Below, piece after piece: positions 12,599 through 29,460 of a stretch of 64,000 nt of DNA (positions are counted from its first letter, which is position 1; each line of letters opens with the position of its first letter). Below the pieces are notes generated by a model, which was not told the DNA's origin, ran no database searches, and saw only the letters and a list, made by a program, of their open reading frames with translations. Source of the stretch: the human T2T-CHM13v2.0 reference genome, Homo sapiens; the NCBI RefSeq assembly GCF_009914755.1, contig NC_060948.1, one strand, 5' to 3'. Position numbers and translations under genes: made by a program.

Positions 12599-13972
12599 CC
12601 ACATGATGAGGGATTGAAGGTGAAGTGAGCATAGGGGAAAGAAAAAGCATGCGGAAGTCAGTTGAATTTATTACATTTCTGTGTTTGTTTTTGCACCGTT
12701 GCCAGAATTAGCCAAAGTCAAACCTCAATGTATTACATATAAGTATGAAACAAAATCTGTTTCATGACAAAGGAGACATTTTTCCCTATGATGGCAAATT
12801 TGTACAACAAACACTGGCCATAGAAACTGCTCAATGTGCATTACTGGTTATCTCCAGGATATGGGAAGTATAGTATGGAGGAAGGGGACAAAGCAGAAAA
12901 AGAATGTACATTCTTCAGCAAACACATTTCAAACCCCCAGGCCTATCTGTGTTTATCCCAGAACTAATCAGGATAAGTCCATGAGAGGTACCGGTTACCA
13001 GTGGCTTTTATAACCCAAGCTATTCATTGGTATTTCTATAGTCAGGCTAACAAGAAGACCTAGAAGCTACTTTAACTTCATTCTCCTAACAGAGGTCTTT
13101 CATGACTCATTGCTTGATACCTTATATTCAAAACGTTCTTTGGAAACAAATTCTGGAGCTCAGTTTTACTTGTACCAATACATATCTGACTTTGGCATTA
13201 CAAATTAGTTTTTTCTCGTTTTCTATTTAAAGATTCAACATGTTTTATACATTCAGTTATATACAGTGAACCTCAAGCAGGGAATGCATTTTGGAAGTTT
13301 AAAAAGCTATTTTGCTCATTCTGAAGTATAGAAATAGAGATAGAGATATATAGGTACAATGATTTAATTAAATACATACTTATTTGGTCAGTATTTGCTC
13401 CTTGACTAGAATGTGAACTTGCTTTATTACTATAGTCCATCAATTGGTATAGTACCTTGTATATAGGAAATGCTTGAAAAACATTTGAGTTGTTATTTGG
13501 CTTACTGATACTGATCATTGTAAGATTTGATGAACAAGTAAATCTACAGTGAATAAATAGAACAGTGGGGAAAAAAAATGATGTCTCTGGTTGACAGAGA
13601 CAGATTTTGGGGGAAAAATTAAAAGATTTGATGCCTTCAGATACTTAGCAGCAGTACTTCTTAACACTGTCTTAGGATTCTTACACTTCCTTGAGGCCTT
13701 TTATTTATAAGAGACTCTAATGAGCCTGATATGATGACACTGACGCCACTAAACCTAGAATCTAGACACAGCCATATAGAAAGGAGATCAGAAGTATGAC
13801 AATGAGGACTGAGAGACTGAGTTAATTCTACTTAGCATCTCTCCAGTGGAGATGGGCAGACATCAGAACAGTTTAGAACTTAATCTGTTTATCTTGACAA
13901 GCTAAGGAGAGAAATTTCTTACCAGTTTTAATATCTCTACAGGAATTTCAAACTAGGATATAACATTCTTTT

Positions 13973-14069
13973 AATGTCAGGTATTAACTACTAATGTTTA
14001 GGTAGTTTATTGTAAATTTACAATGTCAGGCATTAACTATTAAAGTTTAGATAGTTTATTATCAATTTA
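13973..14069. repeat. 49-bp tandem duplication (2 diverged copies)
   Basis: aatgtcaggtattaactactaatgtttaggtagtttattgtaaattta / aatgtcaggcattaactattaaagtttagatagtttattatcaattta. Confidence 0.85.
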
Positions 14070-14350
14070 TAATAATCACCTCACAGCATATGGACATACC
14101 TTTTGCTATTACTTAAAAGCATAGCATTTTCACTGTGGTTTACAATAAAGACAATATTAAAAATCTCTATTTTAGGAAACATGTTCACCCAAAGATAGGA
14201 GTGCTTTCTTCCAGTGAAAGAATATAAAACTTGTTTTCCTAAAATGTAGATCTACATAAATTTGTCAGATAGTCAACCTCTGGCTACGTATGTGTGCTTA
14301 ACTTTCATGTGAGCATGGTTTACTAATGAAAGTTAATAACAACAAAATAC

Positions 14351-16030
<1,680 letters not shown>

Positions 16031-17472
16031 AAAATTATTTTATTCTAATAGCAAAAGCAAATACAAATGAAACAAAACCAATCTACTAAATATAAATATA
16101 TTAAAACTACTAAAATATATAAGAATATATTTAATCAAATTAGTTTTTTTTCTCATTCTCTATAACTGATATTCAGCGGCAATTTCAACACCATTTTGGC
16201 AGCTTGGGAAATTAATAAAAGGAAAAGTAAGTGCCATAGAAGAAAATAATATAATTAAAGATAAATACTTGGTAATAAAAGGACAAAATGAAACCACAGT
16301 ATGGACTGTTAAACATGTTTGTTACCGAATACAGTGGTAGAATTTTACCAAGGAACACAACTTTTCCAAATAAAATGGCGAAATAGGGAACAAAAATATG
16401 AATTATACTGGTGAATTTAAACATTTAATCTTCTGTGAAAGTGCAAAAAATGAATATTTGCAAACCTCGATTTTCCTGAATTGTTAAAGGATTGTAAAAG
16501 GACAAGATTATGTATTCCTTGGCTAAGTTTATGCCAATTTTTTTTGTCTACCAAACAGAACCAAGAGTACTCTGAGAGTCTATGCCATCTCCAAAGATAG
16601 TACTTTTTATAACAATTTTGTTTAGCAGTCTTCTCCTTCGATTAAACTTATGCTTACCAGGCACAATAATACCCTTCTTTTATCTACTAGCAATAGAAGG
16701 CCTTCTAAGCAGACCTGTTACAAGACAGCACAGCCAAGTATTGCAGATGCCATATCTGTGGCAGCTGCTATTTGAATTCTTTCCCCTCTAACAACCCAAT
16801 TCATTTTTAAGTTTGGTAATCAACAGGGGTCTTGATATGAATATCACATATGCTTACTTCAGGAGCTGCCTAGAGGAACCTAGGTAGCTACGTCAAGGTA
16901 CTGAATCTGTTTTAGCTTTCTTCCGGTAAAGCAGCTCTTGACACAGAGTTCTTTCCTTTCCTATCTCTTCCCATATTCCTCCCTCACCCACTTCCATCTC
17001 CACTTCAAAGTTGGGCCTGGGTTGCTGTTTTCTTGGTATATGTCTACTAGGACAATAAATGGGCTGAAAACATTGTGGGACTCAAAATTCTCAGGAGACT
17101 TTGTGGCCTGGAAGAATATTTTTATGTTCTCCACATTTTAGAGCTATACTTATGAATAAAATCATGAGTGACTATTCTATAAATCATTCTTTATACCACA
17201 ATAGACTTCTGTTGTAAATGTACACTAACATATGGTTTAGACTCTGCATAAGACTAATGTGTTTATTTGTCTGAGGATTCTGAACCATATTACTTATGTT
17301 GCTTAGTTTCTTATGTGAGAAAGAGCATCTCAGATTCTGGAACTGTTAATTCTCAGGATCAATAACAATGCACAGAGTGTTTGTCTTAATGAAAACAAAC
17401 TTGTCTTGTGTGCACAGCAAGCATGAATCCTATGAACAGGATGTACTTACCTGGAGAAAAAGTACTATTACT

Positions 17473-17557
17473 CTTATTTAAGCTTATGGTAATAGTAGTT
17501 ATAACAGCAAAAACAAAAAAAATAAGCAAACTCTTCGGTTCTCGGGACTTTTAATGC
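17473..17557 (-). pseudogene. CASKP1: CASKP1 penultimate exon relic (GK domain)
   Basis: ALKVPRTEEFA then +1 nt in a T-run, versus CASK [28 protein letters not shown]. Acceptor appears changed to AA. Confidence 0.8.
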
Positions 17558-17701
17558 TTGTTTAAAAAAGGAAAGATCTTGCAGTAAGAATTTCCCAGTA
17601 CAACTTAAAAATCAGTGTGTGGAATATTAACACCAAAACAAAAAAGGCCCTTGGTTTATATTTTGTGTCATTTAATGATTTCATTCATTAACTATTATTT
17701 T

Positions 17702-18123
17702 TTCCCTTCCTTTCCTTCCCTCCCTCCCTCCCTTCTTCCTTTCCTTTTCCTTCCTTCACTCCCTCCTTCCTTCCTCCTTCCCTCCCTCCTTCCCTTTCCT
17801 CCTTCCCTCCTTCCCTTTCCTCCCTCCCTCCTTCCCTTTCCTCCCTTCCTCCTTCCCTTCCCTCCCTCCCTTTCCTTCCTTCCTTCCTTCCTTCCTTCAT
17901 CCTTCCTTTCTTTCTCTCTCTCTCTCGTTCTTTCTTTCTCTCTTTATTTCTTTTTCTCTCTCTCCCTTTCCTTCCTTCCCTCCCTCCCTCTTTCTCTCTT
18001 TTTCTTTCTTTCTCTCTTTCTGTCTCTTTTTTTCCTTTTTTCTTTCTTTCTTTCTTTCTCTCCTTCTTTCTTTCTTTCTATCTTTCTTTCTTTCTTTCCT
18101 TCATTCCTTCTTTCCTTCTTTCT
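17702..18123. repeat. Complex (CCTT)n/(CT)n/(CTTT)n polypyrimidine tract grown from an Alu tail
   Basis: About 420 nt of almost pure C/T directly attached to the antisense Alu that follows. Confidence 0.95.
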
Positions 18124-18425
18124 GTGTGGATGAGCCAGTCTTGCTCTGTCATGAGGCTGGAGTGCAATGATGCAATCTTTGGCTCACTGCAACGTCCACC
18201 TCCTGGGTTCAAGCAATTCTCCTGCCTCAGCCTCCCGAGTAGCTGGGATTACAGGCACCTGCCACCATGCCTGGCTAATTTTTGTATTTTTAGTAGAGAT
18301 GGGGTTTCACCATATTGGCTAGGCTGGTCTCTTGGCCAGGCTGGTCTCAAACTCATGACCTTGTGATCCACCCACCTTGGCCTCCCAAAGTGCTGGGATT
18401 ACAGGCATGAGCCACTGCCCTGGCC
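18124..18425 (-). mobile_element. AluS with an internal 17-bp duplication
   Basis: ttggctaggctggtctc/ttggccaggctggtctc at 18315-18348. A degenerate TSD ctattattttttc (17692) / ctatacttttttc (18427) encloses the STR plus the Alu. Confidence 0.92.
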
Positions 18426-19249
18426 CCTATACTTTTTTCTAAAAGATACACAATAGCCACCCAGAGAACAAAATATACAAAATAAACATTTATTTTAAAT
18501 CTCTTCTGTCAATCTTTTTTTCCCCCTCAGGAAAGTTAATGCTGATTTGAATTGTTAACCATATATATAAACTTATTCATTTTAGCTTTGATGTTAGCTT
18601 ATAGGAAATGAATTCTTAGGTAGACTTGGATTAGCAGGCTGGTCTCAGTACTGATTTAGATCCACTTCACCATATTTCAAATTGCCAACCAGGGGTGGAA
18701 AGTACTTGCTACTTACATAAATGTGAGGGCTGCATTCACACTTACGTAATGCATTTAAAGTTTCCCTAATGAAAGGCCCTTGTGAGGCTCACTGAGAAGG
18801 AAGCCTGGCAGTATGGGAGACATTGTCTGAGATTGGAATCAGGAGTCTGGGTTTTTTTTTTTTTTTTTTTAATCTCAAAACTGCTATTAAGAAGTGGTGG
18901 CTATGGTCAAGCACAGAACTTCAGCAGAGTAACAGCACGAAACTAGGGTTTTCAAGCTGAAAACCTCTGGGTCCTATTTCAGTTTTCTGCCAAGGCATTA
19001 AAAACCACTAACAAAATTACTAATTGGTATTGTTATACTAAAAAGCTGAAGTCAGATGTAGTAGAGTTAGAGTTGATTTTGGCAAGAGATACCTACTTCT
19101 GCTCTCTTTTACGTGGATATGAAATTCTTGTAGGTTACTAATCCCTTTTGAAGAATCAGAAATCTAATATACATGATTACATGATTCACATGACACTACC
19201 AGGTAATTGTTTTATATATGCCAGGATTTATATGTTATCATTTTTCAGG

Positions 19250-19550
19250 AATGTGGCATTTTTCAGGAACTAGGCCCAAAAGACCAGACAAAACCAGAAT
19301 TCAGTCACTGATGCTAGGTAACACGGCTAGGTGCCACACAATCAACTTTGAATGGACCAATTTTCAAAAAAACAAGAGTGACAGTACTAATAGAAAGGGC
19401 CTGGCTTATCTGAACTAGCAAAATAAGGAAGTCCCATCTGTTTTAACACTATAAGAAAATAACTTTGAAATGATTAATTCACTTTTTGTTCCCTTTCTGC
19501 TTTCTTGAGCCACTTTTGGCCTAAAAAACCAATTTCCTGTTCTCAGCTTG
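19250..19550 (+). mobile_element. ERV1 LTR fragment (MER4-group-like)
   Basis: accagacaaaaccagaattcagtcactgatgctagg...ataaggaagtccc resembles MER67/MER57-group LTRs; subfamily uncertain. Confidence 0.45.
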
Positions 19551-19609
19551 TCTTCTTGTACACGGTCAGTACAGATGCAACTATCCATATACTCCCCTGC
19601 CCCTGAATA

Positions 19610-20003
19610 GAGTTGATCCTTGAGCAATGCAGGGATTAGGGGCACCAAACCCTATCTGCTCCAAAATCTGCAATTTTTTGTTTGTTTGTTTGTTTTTAAA
19701 GGCAGAGTCTTGCTTTGTTACCCAGGCTGCAGTGCACTGGTTCAAGTGATCTGGGTTGCAGCCCTGACTTCTCAAGTGATCCTCCTACTTCAGCCTGCCA
19801 AGTAGCTGGGATTACCATACCCAGCTAATTTTTGTATTTTTACTAGAGATGGGGTTTCTCCATGTTGGCCAGGCTGGTCTCCAACTCCTGAGTTTAGGTA
19901 ATCTACCTGCCTCGGCCTCCCAAAGTGCTGGGATTCCAAATGTGAGCCACCACTCCAGCCCAAATCTGCATTTTAGATTCCAAAAATGTAACTACTAATA
20001 GCC
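19610..20003 (+). mobile_element. MER8/Tigger-type DNA transposon end, interrupted by an Alu
   Basis: agttgatccttgagcaatgcagggattaggggcacc...aaatctgca, resuming after the Alu as ...aactactaatagcc. Confidence 0.6.
19673..19960 (-). mobile_element. Alu (old, J-like)
   Basis: TSD aaatctgca at 19664-19672 and 19962-19970. Confidence 0.9.
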
Positions 20004-20021
20004 AAATTTAATGAATTTTTA

Positions 20022-20306
<285 letters not shown>

Positions 20307-20313
20307 TCAATCA

Positions 20314-20630
<317 letters not shown>

Positions 20631-21397
20631 CCAATCAACCAATGAAACAAGATAATTGCAGGAGTCTTATAAAGCCCAGCAGCTCTGAGGGGAGCAGAAA
20701 TTGCCAACAGTCTTCCTGACATGCTTCAGAAAAGCATTTGAAGGCATTTCAAGTGGAGTCTATCTTCACATTTTCTCGTAGCCCAGTCTAAAAAAAATCA
20801 GACTTTAATTTCACGATAACTGTAGGTACACATGCAGTGGTGAGAAACAATAAAGATCCCGTGTATTATGTATTCAGTTTTCCCTGGTAGTAATATCTTG
20901 CAAAATTATAGAACATGTCAAAAGTAGGATAGTCACATTGATATAATTAAGATACCGAAAAATTTTATGACCACAAAGATCCCTTGAATTGCACTTTTAG
21001 GACAACATTCACTTTCCTCCCAATCCCCATTTTCATCCCAAACCTCTGACAGCTGCTAGTCTGTTCTTTATTTCTGTAATGTATCAATTCAAAAATATGT
21101 AAGTGAAATTGTATAGTGTGTAACTTTTGAGATGGCCATTTTTTTTCCTGACCAAATATAATTCTCTGGAAACCAATAGTTCATCTTCTTTCATCGCTGA
21201 GCTGTATTCCATGGATTATCACTGTTTGTTTAATGATTCACCTGTTGAAAAAAAAATCTCAGTTGCTTCCTCGAACATTTTCACTCATTAATGGGCAAAA
21301 AAACCCAAAAGGAGAGACAGAGTCTATTGTATTTTCCTGTTTTTCCTTTGTTTCTTCTTTCCTGATGTTTCAGAGTTCTTTATTGTTTTATTTTTAG

Positions 21398-21865
<468 letters not shown>

Positions 21866-21937
21866 TGACCTCCATGGCTTGTAATAAGAAATCTACTTTC
21901 AAATTGTTTTCTGTGTAGCTAAGGTGTCATTTCTCTC

Positions 21938-22246
21938 ATTTATTTATTTATTTATTTATTTTGAGACAGAGTTTTGCTCTTGCTGCCCAGGCTGGAGTGC
22001 GATGGCGTGATCTCCACTGACTGCAATCTCTGCCTCCTGGGTTCAAGTGATTCTCCTGCCTCAGTCTCTTGAGTAGCTTTGATTATAGGCAGTTGCCACC
22101 ATGCTGGGTTAATTTTTGTATATTTTTTAGTAGAGACAGGGTTTCACCATGTTGGCCAAGCTGGTCTCGAACTCCTGACCCTTGTGATCTGCCTGCCTTG
22201 GTGTCCCAAAGTGCTGGGATTATAGGCATGAGCTACTGCACCCGCC
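21938..22246 (-). mobile_element. Alu with (TTTA)n tail
   Basis: Antisense dimer preceded by tatttatttattt. Confidence 0.92.
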
Positions 22247-22358
22247 TCTGTCACTTATTTTAATAAACTTTTTCTTTGAGTTTAACTTTCAGAAGTTTGG
22301 CAATTATGTATCTTGGTATGGATTTTATTGTTATTAGATTTATTATGTAATCAGAAGA

Positions 22359-22452
22359 GTGTGTGTGTATGTATATATACATATGTGCACATACACATAT
22401 ATACACATACATATATACACACACATACACACACACATATATACACACACAT
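22359..22452. repeat. Compound (TG)/(TA)/(CA) microsatellite
   Basis: gtgtgtgtgtatgtatatatacatatgtgcacatacac...acacac. Confidence 0.9.
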
Positions 22453-25219
22453 GCATATTTATCCTCTTTAGGTTTGTTCAGATTCTTGAATGTATAGATT
22501 CATATCTTTTGCAAAATTTATGAATCTTTCAGCCACTATTTATTTAAGTTCATTAAGAAATAATTCTTGCTGTCTTTCAGCTGTGTTTATAGGATGCAAG
22601 ACACAAGTGTTAGGTCTTTTGTTTTGTTTTCAGGGGACCACAGCTCCTTAAATCTTTGTTCATTTTTTTTCAATATTCGAATTTTTATTAATGTATACAT
22701 GCATACAGGAATATATGCACAAAACATTTGTGGAAAGCTTGCTGAATTATCACAAAGTAAATACACTTGTATAACCTAGAAATAAAATCAGACTTGCTCA
22801 TGCCCCTGACAATCACTTTCTCATTCTTCCCAAAGGTAAACAAGATATTAAGAGCTAAGTGTAGATCAACTTTGTCATTTTGTACAAGTGTTTAATTACA
22901 GAACATTAAAAACATATACAAAATACAAAAAGTAGTATAATAGACCTATCATCCAACCTTAACAGCTACTAGTCATGTGCCATTCTTGTTTCATCTATAT
23001 GTCAATCCATTCCCCACCCCCCACTTCATTTGTTTTCTACTTTTTAAAAGATAAAATGCATATACATTGAAATGTATGATCTTACCTATACCTTTTTTAC
23101 AGATCAATACACTTATATAAACTTTCCCCTTTTAAGAATACAATTACTCCATGTAACAATCATTAGTGTGCATATGTTACCTCAAAGTATCATTTAAAAT
23201 CCAAATTTTAATAAAATGGGTCTGAGTTTTGACTGAGAATTTGTATATCTAACAAAGTACAGATCCATAGAGCACATGGTAACTACAATGTCTCTCTTAT
23301 CTGAAGTAAATATAATTTGATGAATACAATTAAGGAAAATTGACCTAAGGTGAAAGGACAAATCAAAACATCTGTGCAATATGCTATCTGTGGGAGCATT
23401 TGGTTACTGTTGTAACATAAACTAACCAAACAGTTTTATTATTTATTATTTTAATAATCAAAACTGGCAAACTTCCTACTAAGCCCCCTAAAGTATGAGA
23501 GGTCTAACCAGCAGGTATAGACTTTTCAGGAGGGAGAAATGAGGCTGCAATTTTGAGGGGCTCTTCTGGAACATGTCTGGAAGATGAATGTTGAGGAACA
23601 GTGTGGGCTTTGGTGTACTCAGATGATGTCTGTCATGGGGAGGCAGGAAGTCAATGCTCAGAATCTGGGCTGGTGTCTTTGAGGTCAGTAGGTTGCCTCT
23701 TTGTAGGCAGATCCATTTTCATTAGGGAAGAGTCTGAGAGTCTTAATGGTGTCTAGAGCCCCTCTTTGACTTCCTTTGGGAGATGGAGCCTGAAAGGGGG
23801 AAAGTCAGTATTTTTGGGAAATTCTAGAAAGTCTGGTTGGAAACCTCATTAAGGCCTCTTGCCTGGTACTTGAATGCCCAATTTGCAGTCTGAACCACAT
23901 AGAGCTGGGTTTTCATTTATATCAGCACATCCTTATGTCAGTGTTAAGGGAGTGGCCAGGACAAGTGTCTTGGGTGTAGGCTAGGAAACATCATAAAAGC
24001 AAACTACCAAATTGCTGGCTTTCATTTTGGCAATAAGCCCTGGCCAAAGTGCTTGACTTCAGCATGAGACCAGTCCAGAGACCCACCTTCATGCACCAGC
24101 TGTCCATAATGTAAGAGGGAGCCCAGTTCACGTCTTGATGAGAGATTCAGTAAGATGGAAGAATCACATCTCATGTTTCTTGACAGCTGGCTGGCTTGTG
24201 AGAACAGATACAGGACACATCTATTTTTGAATGTGTGGACAAGCTTCAGCCTTCTTTCAGTTTTGCTGATGCTTCAATTGAAGTCTCCTCAGGAACTTCT
24301 GCAGTAGATGCTTCCTCTGTACTTGTTGCCTTTCCTTGGAAATAAATTCGTTTGTTCCAAATCTTGCAGTAGAATTGATGCACCAGAAAGATATACCACA
24401 GAAAATCTGCTTTTCTGCATCCTCCCTGAATAGAATTGAGGCTGTCCCTACTCTGGTACAGTTAATCCGAAAAAGGTTTCAACATTCATTGGGGAGTTTC
24501 CCACATGGGCTTTCAAGAAATCCAAAAACTACCAGGACTAGGGCCTCCAGGGCCCTGCAGGGGCTGCACTGGCACATGCAAAGAGACGCAGCAAAGGGGA
24601 AGGGGCAAGAAGAAGGTGGGTGCTGATGGAAGAGGAGAGTGGCCAGGGTGGAGTAAGTGACTGGGTGTACCAAATGCCCAGAAGGCAAGCATAACTATGG
24701 CAACTCTGAAGAAGCTGTGGGAGGATACTTGCCCCTTATTCTGTGAGAAATCAAACTGCTAGCACTGACATGTCAGGAAGCCAGCATGTTGAGGGATGCA
24801 GTATCACAATTACTTGGTGAGACAAGCTGCCCTGGCTGTGTCTCACCAAGTCATTCCCATCAGGTAGGAGAGGTTAAAGAACAGCTTAGCTTCCCTCTGC
24901 ATGGCGGAACTGCTCTGAAGGTGACAAGGAGAATGGCAAAGGTGAAATCTTTGCAGCTGATGCTGAGAGCTGAAATTTCTTTACTGCTCCTGGCCAGTGC
25001 CTATAGGGCTGTAGACATTTTTATTTCTGTTTATTTATCTCTGTTTAGAGTAGGCAGTGTCCATTATTTTTGTCTTACTCTCTTTGATTCTTTCCCTTTC
25101 ATTCTCCTATTGAGCTCATATACTGATTATTTAAAATCTTTAGTTCTAAAGATTCCCTTCAGTTTGCCATCATATTTTCCATTTATTTCCTAAGACATTG
25201 TTGGAACTTTCTATTATTA

Positions 25220-25534
<315 letters not shown>

Positions 25535-25558
25535 TCACATCATTTTTATCATGGCTTC

Positions 25559-25999
25559 TGCTGTAGTTTGGACATGCTTTGTTTGGCTCCGTCAAGCCTC
25601 ATGTTGAAACATGATCCTCAGTGTTGTAGGTGGTCTTGTGGAAGGTCTTTCAGTCATAGGAGTAAATCCCTCATTTATGGTGTCAATGGATTGGTATCAA
25701 TTTCATGGTAGTTAGTAAGTTCTCACTCAGTTCCTGCTAGAGCTAGTTGTTAAAAAGAGCCTGGCACTTCCCCTCCCCTCTCTCTTTCACTTTCTCTCTG
25801 TCTCCATGTGTCTGTCCACTCTCCAGGTCCCCTTTACCTTCCACCATGAGTGGAAGCAAACTGAGGCCTCACCAGAAGCAGATGCTGGCACTGTGCTTCC
25901 TGTACAGCCTGTAGAACTGTAAGCCAAATAAGCTTATTTTCTTTTATAAATCACCCAGTCTCAGCCATTTCTTTATAGCAACACAAATGGACTAAGACA
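25559..25999 (+). mobile_element. MaLR solo LTR (MST/MLT1A type)
   Basis: tgctgtagtttgga...ctcatgttgaaa...gcaacacaaatggactaagaca, TG...CA ends. Confidence 0.85.
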
Positions 26000-27488
26000 A
26001 CTCCTTTAAAATCTTTAGAAGATAATTTTAATATGTTTGTCATCCTGACGTCAGCATCTATTAACTGCCTGCTTTTGCTCAGTTTCAGATCTTCCTGTTT
26101 GTGTAATAAATAAATTTCAGTTGAAACTTGGACATTTTAGTATTATAACATTCTGAGTGTTATTAAAACCTATTTCAGATGGCTTTGTCTGATAGTACTC
26201 CAAAAGTGAAAGGAGGTAGCAGCACCTGGGTGGTGATAGAAGTCATGGAGAGAATAGTTATTCACAGTTGAAGGTAGAACTTAGTTCTCCACCCCATAAC
26301 CTATTGACACTTGAGGTGGTAGGTGGGTTTTGGGTGGGGATAAAAGTCTTGTTTTCTATTTAAACTTTTCCATTGTCACCCTGGCTGGGAGGCTAGGATA
26401 GGCTTCTAAGGGCAGAAGTCCATGTTCTTCATTTGGCCTTTACCAGTGTGAATGAATGTGAGGTTTGCACTTGTTTTTGGTGGTGTTTCACCAGAGCAGA
26501 ATAGTTTCTGTTTAAAGTTTTCTGCCTTGCTAGATTATTCGTTTTCTTTTCCTTAGGCTATTGAGATAAAGCTTTGTTTGAGATGGTTTTGGTTTGTACT
26601 GCTTGGCATGTCTAGGTTGCTGGAATCTTCCGCTTCAAGTCTGAGACACACAAGACAAAAAGAAAATTCAGGTAATCACCATAATACACCATAATATTGT
26701 TCTTTGGGTCCTAAGGTTCCTAGCTACTCTTCCTTTTGTGTATCTTTCAGAATCTTCTTATTGTTGTTTTATACATAAAGTCTAATGGGTGTACTAAAAA
26801 GTGAAAAGCATGTTTATTCCAGCTCCTAGAAATGTAAGTCTTTGCTTTCACTTAAAAAAATTATTTCCATTGACTCTTTTCATCTTCTGCAAGGTTCTGA
26901 CTCCTAGAAAGTTTTCAAATGTCAAATTTAAATGAACAAAGATGGCTACTTTTTAATCTAGCATCCACTGAGTGGTCTCATTTACATTCTCTCTTATATT
27001 TTTTATAACCCTGTAAGCATAAATTACTTTCACTTAACAGAGGACATTTATTAGGAACTGGTAAGGGCAAAAAATTAAGAAAAAGATGTAGAATTAAGGG
27101 AATAAAATTAAGAGAATAAAAATCTTTCCATTTAAAAATTCTGCAGAATACATAATAATAATTTATGGAATTGGTATTAAAAATCATAGAAAGTAATTTG
27201 AGGACTGATTACAAACCATTTGTCATTATAGGATATTGTATAACCATTAAAATGTGCCTTTCTGCTACTGGGAGAAAGTAGGTTAAAACAGAATATATAA
27301 GCCTATGTTTATTTCATTATATATATATGTTATTTATTTATTTAAAAATAAAATAAGATGAAATAAATGTGCATAAGAAAAGCCTAGAAGGACATATACA
27401 AAATATTTACAGCCATATCACTGTGTGAGATGCAGAGAGTGTAGAAAGATAATTGATGAGTCATTCTTCTTTCTTCATTTTATGACTC

Positions 27489-27782
27489 TTTTTTTTTGGT
27501 GGGGACAGAGTCTCACTCTGTTGCCCAGGCTGGCGTGCAGTGATGTGATCTTGGCCTACTGCAACCTCCACTTCCTGGGTTCAAGTGATTCTCCTGCCTC
27601 AGCCTCCTGAGTAGCTGGGATTACAAGCACACACCACCATGCTAGGTTAATTTTTGTATTTTTTGGAGAGATTGTGTTTTGTTATGTTGGCCAGCGTGGT
27701 CTTGAACCCCTGACGTCAAGTGATCTACCCCCTTGGCCTCCCAAAGTGCTGGGATTACAGGTGTAAGCCTCCATGCTTGGCC
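27489..27782 (-). mobile_element. Alu
   Basis: Antisense dimer. Confidence 0.92.
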
Positions 27783-27889
27783 TTCTATTTTCTGATTTAA
27801 AAATAATGAAGTTATTATATAATCCGAAAAAAAATTTAAATTAATAGATTACAAACAGTGAAATTCAAAGACAAGGAAGCATCACTTAC

Positions 27890-28194
<305 letters not shown>

Positions 28195-28294
28195 TAATAT
28201 AATTTTTTGAAAAGGATATAAAAATTTTCTTAATAAAGTTCAAGAAATAGTTTGAAGATAGTAATAAGAGAACTACTTATACAATTAAACTTAT

Positions 28295-28366
28295 CTAACA
28301 AGATTAATGATTTCCTTTTAAATTTTGGCAGTTTTACTACTTTACTAAGATCTAACTGATAAAATA
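28295..28366 (-). pseudogene. CASKP1: CASKP1 exon relic (HOOK/GK boundary)
   Basis: ag|xFYQLDLSKVVKLPKFKRKSLILL|ataagt versus CASK [27 protein letters not shown]. 9-nt deletion; donor GT changed to AT. Confidence 0.88.
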
Positions 28367-29189
28367 CTACAAGGCAAAGATTTAGGAAAAAGTAAATGCT
28401 TTTTATAACTTTTTCTTTTCTCCTTCATGAACTTCTGTATCTCAAAACATTTCCTCTTTTGATGCTGTTCTGTCAATCCCATAAGTTTTTTTAATGTTTA
28501 TATTCTATCTTCTCTTCTGATCATTTATTTTCAAGTAACCCGTATGTTCACAGAGTCTTTCTTCTGTGTGATTAGTTCTGCTGTTCATATTCTCCACGTC
28601 TTTTAAATTTTCATTCATTGTATTTTCCAGCTCCATAAATTCTCTTTGATTGTTAAAAAATAATTTTAATCTCTCTGCTTTATTTCTAGTTTTGGTTATT
28701 CTTTACCTAACCTCACTGAATTATTTCTCTATATTTTGTTATGTTGTGCTTTCTTAAAATGATTAATCTATGAAGGCCAACCTGTCACCAAGGTTTACTG
28801 GGACTGGCCTGGACTGTGGGTCTCCTGGAGTGTAAAGCTATTAGGGCAGGGCAGAAAGGTAGGGCCAAAAAGATAAGTAGCATTTTGTAAACCAGAACCT
28901 GTATCTGCAGGTGTAGGTGTGATTCCTGAGGCCAGAAGTGCTGACTTGGTGAGACAGAAGATTGAAGTTGTGTGTCTTACCCTGTCTCTGGGCTGATCTG
29001 GAATCTGGGGCAGGATGGTGACAGCATGGAGGGAAGCAGAGAAAGAAAACATTAGAAATGTTAGTATAAAGTAGTGAAAATGCTTCTATAGAGAATATAG
29101 GAGTGGATGGCTGTATTCATATTTTCTGCTCCAAATCTGCTGATGTGATATGCATTAATTAATCAGCCTTTCTCTGGTTCTTCTAGTTC

Positions 29190-29460
29190 TTTCCAGATGG
29201 AGTCTCACTCTGTTGCCCAGACTAGAGTGCAGTGGTGCAATCTCAGCTCACTGTAGCCTCTGTTTCCAGGGTTCAATTCATCCTCCTGCCTTAGCCTCCC
29301 GATTACAGGTGTGCACCATCATGCCTGGCTAATTTTTGTGTTTTTAGTAGAAATAGGGTTTCACCATGTTGGCAGGCTGGTCTTAAATTTCTGACCTCAG
29401 GTGATCCACCATCTTGCCTTCCCAAAGTGCTGGAATTACAGGTGTGAGGCACCATGCCCA
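29190..29460 (-). mobile_element. Alu
   Basis: Antisense dimer flanked by ctggttct on both sides. Confidence 0.9.

Noticed and set aside
17615-18133. 172-aa F/L/P/S-rich ORF resembling a membrane protein
   Set aside because: Translation of a C/T microsatellite, which cannot contain stop codons.
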